A DNA stretch of 56,551 bases, counting the filler, from Catajapyx aquilonaris (Eukaryota), in the NCBI GenBank assembly GCA_000934665.2. It is 3 parts of 3 records of this genome, joined end to end, with 100 filler letters (N's around TTAATTAATTAA, not from the genome) between each part and the next. Parts side by side here need not be neighbours in the genome. Positions count along the whole stretch, not along the records: positions 37,721 to 56,551 come from JYFJ02006619.1; 2 more parts are not named here. One strand, written 5' to 3'. Below the pieces are notes generated by a model that was not told the origin of the DNA, searched no databases, and saw only the letters and a program-made list of their open reading frames with translations. The position numbers and the translations under genes were made by a program. Below are positions 37,621 to 56,551 of this stretch, in pieces. Position 1 is the stretch's first letter. Each line of letters opens with the position of its first letter.

Positions 37621-37720
37621 NNNNNNNNNNNNNNNNNNNNNNNNNNNNNNNNNNNNNNNNNNNNTTAATTAATTAANNNNNNNNNNNNNNNNNNNNNNNN
37701 NNNNNNNNNNNNNNNNNNNN
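37621..37720. other. Scaffold gap with synthetic TTAATTAATTAA spacer
   Basis: 100-nt N run with central TTAATTAATTAA, same design as the gap at 18758. Confidence 0.95.
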
Positions 37721-38136
37721 CTTATTGATCTCTTAGCAACGACCTGCTTATAAACAAGCAGCTTGTTGATTTTTCCAATAACTGTTGGTGCCACAGAGTT
37801 GGATCACCCTGTATATGCAATGTCATCTTTGTATAATAAACGTACATATCTATTGCAGTCAAAGGTTACATTATGCAAAAGAATAAGGAAGGCCATTTGT
37901 ACGAGGCACATCGGTTCCAATACATAGCGTATGCAGAATTTCCAAGCAGTCGATCTTCAACAATTTTAATGACAGTTATTACATAAAACTATGTCTAATA
38001 TTAAACGTTGCAATCTCCCTTGCAACTATGAAGACCATTCATCTCGCCATATACGCAAACGCTTCGGGTTTTAAATGTTACTAGTCAATAACAACAAAAA
38101 ATGTGATCAGAACATCATCCGATCACATGATACAAA

Positions 38137-38756
38137 TCATTTTGTAACAGTCAAAGCTATTGGCTGAGATAAGTTATATCTCGGCGCAGAATCCGAAAAA
38201 AGTGAGTCATAAGTTGGTGGAGGATCTCCATATATTTGGCCTGCATGGTCTTGACACATTATTACGCCATGTTCTATGGGAGCGGAAGGTGAGAAAGCAT
38301 TTGGTGCGGGGTTTAGGCCTATTTCATGCTGTGCTGCCATTTCTGAACTCGATCCACTGATAACAACTACTTGACATTGGCTATGTCTTCTAATATCCAG
38401 CCCTTCAGGTGCCAAAGTTTGCGACTGTCTTTGAGACACTTTCCAGAAACACTTTTTGTACTCTCTCAAGGTCAATAAAAGTCCGCCGATAAATGTAGTT
38501 ATTATTACCAGAAGAAAAAAAATAATGGGAAAATCGGGATGTTTGTACCGGGAGTTTGCACTGTTAATGTGTATTAAAATCCCGATAATTAAAATAAGAA
38601 ACATTAGAACAAAAAATGCAAGAGCTTGTAGCATTTGGAGGTGTAAATCAATGCCGTTGTAGCCCTAATTATTATTCATGGTGGTTTACATAATTTCCGC
38701 AGAAAAAAATGTCACGCTCAGGGAATGCATACCATATGCTTCAGGTAGCCTGACAT
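38137..38756 (-). CDS. Orphan two-TM membrane protein with C-terminal PPxY motif, ~183 aa
   Basis: Probable exon 38756-38733 (MSGYLKHM|gtatgc) spliced to 38664-38137. Two hydrophobic helices (ALAFFVLMFLILIIGILIHI; FPIIFFLLVIITTFIGGLLL) and a tail containing DPPPTYDSLF. Confidence 0.65.
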
Positions 38757-41570
38757 AATGGCGAAGTGGCCTCAAAATATTTACGACAAAATAATTAGTG
38801 AAACTAATCTAAGAGTTTATTATGACTCTGACGGTTGCGAATTGATATAAACATTATTTTAGTGTTAAATCCTCGATTACATACGAATTCAAATTTTACG
38901 ATTCACAAAATAATATACCATACGTGCGAACGATTACTGAAGTGTAAAATTCTCATGATTGTATTATAATATTGATATACAGAATATGTGCAGTGTCAAT
39001 GAAACTATTGGCACAAAATATTGAAATGCAGTGCGGTTTTCAAGGCAGGGGCTTATTTGACTGTTACTTTACTTGGCAGTACCATAATATTATAGAGATT
39101 CTGATGTAGTGGCAGTTACAATATATTCACATGGGTTCCACTTGTACAGTGCTGTACCGGTAATACTCATCCTCACTATAGTTTCTGATTCTGAGTCCGA
39201 TTTCCTAATGTCGTTGTCTTGTATTGCGGTTGAGAAATAGCACAGAAGTCATTGCAGTTGCTAGATCTGAAATGATTAATAACTTTACCTAATGGTCACA
39301 TCAATATTATGTAGGCTACTTTAAAGCCACCTACATAAACAATTAAGTAATAAAAAGCATTCCATCAAAATAACGTATATATGCTGGATATGTTACAATA
39401 ATCTAGTTTTGCATAGGCCTATAAATTGCGCACTGTGGTTTTAAGAGATAATGACTTAACTCAATATGGTTTTAATATTGAAATGTGACGATCGTAAGGG
39501 CACTGTACTGTGCAGTTAAGAAAGGGCACTGTATACAATAACTGTAGCCTACGTTCATAAAACACGAGTGACATTTTTGTAACTGGCATTATAATAGTGA
39601 CATTGAAAGCAGCAACACAATATACGACTCCCACCTACCATTTAACGCATTTTGATAGACTTGTAAGAGCAAATTGTGCCTATCTGCTATATCCGCAGAG
39701 AGACCATTTGGCGTATAGAGATCCAAGAGGTAACCTTGATGATTACGTAGCCTATACAGGTCCCACTGTCTCGCGCTCGATGCGTATAGTCTTCTTGGAA
39801 ACAGGGCGTTGTAGTCTGGGCTGGGAAAAGGTGGTGAAATAGAGGTTCTGGCGCGTTCTGGCGAGTGAGTATGGTGAATGTCGAAGTCACGTGCATTGCC
39901 ATAAAACCTCCCAGGAGTGCTGCTATAGTTACCGCCATGTTGAGTCCACAGTTTTTTCCTCTCTTCTGCAATATACCAAATCAATATATTTTATTACATT
40001 TTCCCCATTTTTCGTAACAGGCAGAACAACTTGCTTTATTTTGTAGCCTATTGGGGTAACACTATAATCGCCATGATGACATCCCGAGAACTGATGTGTA
40101 TAATGCCGCAGACAACTGAAAACATAAATTTAACTTAAATGAATATGCTTTTAAATAATAATTCTTGTGCCGCATATTCGCAGTGGAAAGGAATAAGGGT
40201 CTCAACTTTATATTTCATTTTATTCAATGCCAGTACAGAACAATACAATAGCAATAGACTAGGCCTACATTATAAATAGATCCTCACTCGAATGCATTGG
40301 ATACTATAGCAATGTACTGTAGACTACTAATATTTACTCTAATGAGAACGCAAAAGCGTTATAAATAGCAACTTGCTTGTCAGTTACATACAGGGCACAT
40401 ATATAATTATGTATAACTGGCAAGCAAGTTGCTATTTCTTTCCCACGAAAAGTTGCCATGCTAGACTAGCTATATTATCAGAAACGCGCAAGTAAAATTA
40501 ATTTATAGGTAATATATTAGCCTAATGTCTATCATAAGCTCCTTAAAATACTTCCTATAAATGTTCAAGTGATGAATTTTAGATCATCTATTCTGCATTG
40601 ATTTCAAGTGTTTTAATATGTAGCAGCAGCAACAGATATTTTAATACGTCACATCAAACCCTATATGACGAGAGGGACTACACGGTGGTCTATAGTGGTT
40701 TTGAAGGCTGGCCAGCGAAGCGGGTAGTTCGGAGTTCAAAACCAGCCGACTTTATATTTGATCAGGTTTTTCCTCGGTTTTACTGTCAATGTAATCTGGT
40801 AGATTCTCACTCTCTTCTTTGACCAAGGCATAAAGAACTTTCAATTGTTGCTGTCCCTGGAGAACCCCCCTCATTAGAAGTTACACAGTGCAATAACGGT
40901 TCATGTGCAATAAGGTGAAAAGTACTATTCATACTGTATAGCAAATATTTTTGAAAATGTGTTAAAAGAAAAAAGTAAAATCTTCACAGCAATACTCTCT
41001 TTATGTGTATATTGTAAATGAGGTGCTATAGAAAACGTGCGTCATTGTACGTACGTGTAGGGTATATACTCGTGTTCAGTAGTAGTACTGCACCTCAATT
41101 ATTACCACTTGACACCAGATTTGCTGCTCTTACAAAATAATAAGTAGGCCTAATATATTATTCATTCATACATGCCTTCACGGCAGGATCTCATGACTGG
41201 GTACTTGGGTAGTAAAAGGTCTACACACCTAGCCATCTCAAATGACCAATAGAATGAATCCTCTGGTGACTGTTAAGTAAATAAGTAATTACACCTGTCC
41301 GAAATCACTGAAATTTAAAGAACCAGAATAACTACAACGTAATTTAAAACGCACATTTTCCTGAACATTTGGTAGACCTACACACAACAGAATTATTATT
41401 GTATCTTGTATCAGAAACCGCTCGCAATGCTCCAATGCATGAAAGTCGCCATGCCAACGTATCCTAAAGCTAAGCTTTGCCGTATCCGCCGAGAAATCAA
41501 TATGATAACAGCTAAAACTCAGCGTCTTCACTCGTAACGTGCTTCTATTTATAATCATGTTATGACACAC

Positions 41571-43110
41571 TTATGCCGAGCTTGGTCTTGAGGCGGCTTC
41601 TGAATGAAGAAGAGCCTTGTAATACGGAGGAGAATAATTATTTTGCTTGGCATGATTTGATTCTTCTACAGAGCGTGTTACGTCGCTGTATGTTACCAGA
41701 TCAGGTGACAGATCGGCAGAAAGAAGAGCTGAACGACGGATAGAAACTCGGCATATCCGCGGTTTCAGTTCCTGTTTGTCAAATCGTCTTGCTTTAACCA
41801 TGCTGTGGCATCTTTGCTGGTTCCAACAGCAAAGTCGGTTGACTCGAAGGAAGCAGAGAGGGCTGCAGGTAACACCCAGGAGTATTACAATCTCTAATAA
41901 TATCAATACCAGTACTAAAATGAAGGGCGGGTCATCCATCGTTCCACACATCTTCACATGACCTGTAATTAAAATAACAAGAACTCACTCCATCTCTGAT
42001 ATTTTCTCACACACACTCCAATATAATATACACTACTTTACAAAATATGACTGGATTTTGCTGGAGGATGGAATAAGTCTATATATCCGATAAAATATTA
42101 CCATTATACCAATATTTATTCCGAGGAAGGCCATACTCACTCGTGAAAAGAACTTGCTCACATCGGGAAAAATTGCTCGTAAGATTTTGTAACTCACAGT
42201 CGTGGTAATGAGGGCACTCGAGGTCTTTAATAAGGCAAAAATTGCCACAATCATTGCACGACTCCCATTGTTGGCAGGAATTTGATCCGCTTGAATTGGA
42301 GCAACCTGTCGGAGTATAAGACAAAATCACTATAATCTTGTAATCACTAACATTCGTACCAGTAAAAAGAATGCTATAGTACTTATTAACGTGGAAAATA
42401 GAAGCCTCATGAAGAGATGTTCAGAATCGTTGGTAATTTTTGGCCCGATGCTTAAATACACTCCGATTACTTCACCAGAAGCATGTTCAAACATTCCCTT
42501 GGAGATATTGTTGAATTGTGGTGCATTAGTTGTCGTGTAAATCAAATCAGTAGACCTACTGAAGTTTTGGTCACACAACTGTTCCGTGGCAAGAGTACCG
42601 TTTCGCACCAACTGTCAAAAAGTTTTATATATTAGCATTTGTAGTTAATATGCAATTTTAGGAGACAGTCTACCTTTATATAATCCAAGCAACTTCCATT
42701 TTCATATTTGCGGAAGGACAAAGTTTTTATGAAAACATCCATAATGAATTGCGGTGGTGCTTGGACAGCAAAACTACATGTTAGGTTGTACATATCGTCC
42801 CCGATCCTATTGAAATTCGACATCTGTATCATTACACCATCTTTGTTTCTGTCAAGTATCAAGCTGGGAATCTCACTTGAGTTGCCAACATTTTCCCCGT
42901 CACCTTCTGCCGTATCTGCAAAAATACTGTACCTATAGCGACATTTCTTTCGAACAATATTTACTGTATACAAATGAGTAAGTGCTGGTCGTACTTACTA
43001 TTCCAGTCGTAGATTGTGTTGTTATCACATGCCGAGGGAGAAATAGTGATAGCAAAGAGGAAAATGCGAACCACAACAAATACGACACCGGGTATTCTGT
43101 AGTCCTGCAT
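41571..43110 (-). CDS. Type I membrane protein: signal peptide, CUB-like domain, LDLa-like Cys module, TM, Tyr/PY tail, ~379 aa
   Basis: Exons 43110-42999, 42915-42674, 42611-42383, 42305-42141 and 41962-41571 total 1140 nt in frame. CUB-like NLTCSFAVQAP...CLDYIKL...QLC; LDLa-like CGNFCLIKDLECPHYHDC; TM FILVLVLILLEIVILLGVTC; tail YSPPYY. Confidence 0.75.
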
Positions 43111-44122
43111 GGGGTAGAGCTTATAGGAGCGTGAATGAGGGTCGCACAAGGCGATGAAGCAAATAACCAAGCAGATGCGATGGCACACTGTCTAAACACA
43201 CTCAGAATGTGACGTTGGATCTACCACGTGGGATGAAATTCAAACAGTGTTAACTATAGGAACAGACTGCGCCAACAAGAAACAAATTTCCATCCATTCT
43301 TTCCCCTCCGGGACACTTTGTTAATTAAATATTGCGAGAAGGTGTGGATTGAATTAGGTAAGATACTATGCTGGCAGTTGAATATATTTGAAAAATGGCC
43401 ATTGACCAACTATTCCCGCATCATTACAATTATAGCCTACTATAGCACCATTAGTTTTGGCGAAATGCATACACTGCGTAGTTTTATGCATTTTTATTCA
43501 TACTGATTTCACAATACTTCATTGCACTGGTAAACTATCAATGTAATATTAGTAGCCGTAGTAGATTTTCATGATCGAGGGACTAATCAAGTCTATAGCC
43601 ACACCAGGATGTACCCAACTAATGAGAGTACTTGTTTAAACAAACTTCCCTTAGGAAATGCGATTACGTGGGGAGCAAAACAAGCAAGGCAAAAACGACG
43701 AAACCAACGCAACAGGTCCATTTGCCCAGATCAAGGGCCTTTCTCCGGCGAGTATCATATGGAGTGTCCTCACTTGTTGTTGTTGTTGTTGTACGTTATA
43801 CAAATTCCGAAGGCAACAGCAACAGCAGATTAAATATTGTAAGTGTATGCACCGGCACTTAGGACACTGCCATACCACCTCTCAAGTGCCTATCTTGTTT
43901 TCTCCGTGCTTCCTTGCAATGATGTGAATCCCACACCGTATTGTGATATACAGTATCCCACTTGTCTCTCCCAGCCTCCCTTCCTCTCTCCCTCCCACCC
44001 CGTGGTGTCATGGCGGCGTGCAGTGGTATGCGGGAAGGAGCCGTCATCGTCACCTGCTCCTTTCCCTAGGGTCTCAGCCCGACTGTTCCTCGTCGTCATT
44101 GTGATTTTAGTATTCAGCAGCC

Positions 44123-55662
<11,540 letters not shown>

Positions 55663-55689
55663 GTAGGTAATGATAATTGGATAGGCACC

Positions 55690-55692
<3 letters not shown>

Positions 55693-55753
<61 letters not shown>
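55693..55753. repeat. (TAA)n microsatellite
   Basis: Directly visible; it explains the poly-I and poly-Y ORFs on the minus strand. Confidence 0.95.
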
Positions 55754-55754
<1 letters not shown>

Positions 55755-56551
55755 GGTAGTGCAGACCTCACATGAGGTATTACACAGACCTTTATTTAAA
55801 CACATACATTCAATATCCAGAGAAGCATGTTTGCTGCGACACACTGGTCCACAGGCGTGGGGGGAGGGGGAAGTTCCCAAGGGAGGGCGCTGTAAATAGT
55901 TTCTAGTCATTTCGGACAGTCCTCCTGCCAATCTTTTTCTCCTGGCCCTGTACAGAAAGGGAGTGCAAATCTGCCCAGACATGTCAGGCGAAGCAGAAAA
56001 AGACCCGACCAAGCTAAGGTGACCGGCTGTATGACTCCGTAGGATATAATGTGAACCTTTTGATTTCCGTTACGAACAGAGATTTTCTTTGAAGGGAGAC
56101 AAAAATTCCTTCCGTTGCTGCATTGGGCAGGTTCTGTTATATCCATTAAAAAATACAATGCATGCCCTATGCATATGCCCGTTCCCTGAAAAAAAAATCC
56201 GCTATGGATAGGTTTCTGCTATCCCAGGGTCCGTAATGGGCAGGTTTCACTGTATAAAGGCTCATTCACATATACGCGAGTAAATACTTGCGAGCGAATT
56301 TCATGTTTCGCTTTTTCGCGTCTTTTACGTCACGAAGAGTGCGAATTTTTGTACAAATTTTAGAGCATTCACGTATCCGCTATGCGATAAAACTTACTCG
56401 TTAGTTATGGAGCATGCGCTGTGCAGCAGGGCAGGTAGGAGGGAGGACGGGGTCCAGTGTTACCAGATGTACCATAATTATGGTATTCATACCATATTTT
56501 CGGGTTCCGTACCATGTACCATAATGGTACGCAAAAAGTACCTTATTTTGT

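Noticed and set aside
56255..56551. Harbinger-like (AGGCTCATTCACA) and hAT-like (CAGTGTTACCAGA) left ends
   Set aside because: Partner ends would lie outside the window, so they cannot be supported here.

Overview
Eukaryotic, intron-rich genomic DNA, most likely arthropod: many 55-70 nt GT-AG introns, a kinin-type GPCR and TTAGG-type telomeric repeats. Two artificial 100-nt scaffold gaps (18758-18857, 37621-37720) split it into three contigs. Gene models were built by hand from splice sites and frame continuity. In order: sphingosine-1-phosphate lyase (+); a leucokinin/kinin receptor truncated at a gap (+); a short PUB-domain protein (-) head-to-head with a FAM47-like gene (+); an otopetrin proton channel (+); the 3' end of an unidentified coiled-coil gene (-); a 2-TM PPxY protein (-); a CUB/LDLa-like single-pass membrane protein (-); and NSMAF/FAN (+, runs off the window). 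Non-coding DNA is dense in small transposons: two tRNA-derived SINEs, a piggyBac-like element, a Helitron candidate, two inverted foldback MITEs with 7-bp TSDs, mariner/Tc1 and Harbinger derivatives, and a TIR element in a CA repeat that carries telomeric repeats. I cannot demonstrate a new system from the sequence alone. The best leads are the orphan PY-motif membrane-protein cluster, the stand-alone PUB protein, the telomere-repeat MITE and the Helitron-borne promoter motifs upstream of the kinin receptor. Family assignments rest on motifs recalled from memory, not on database searches.
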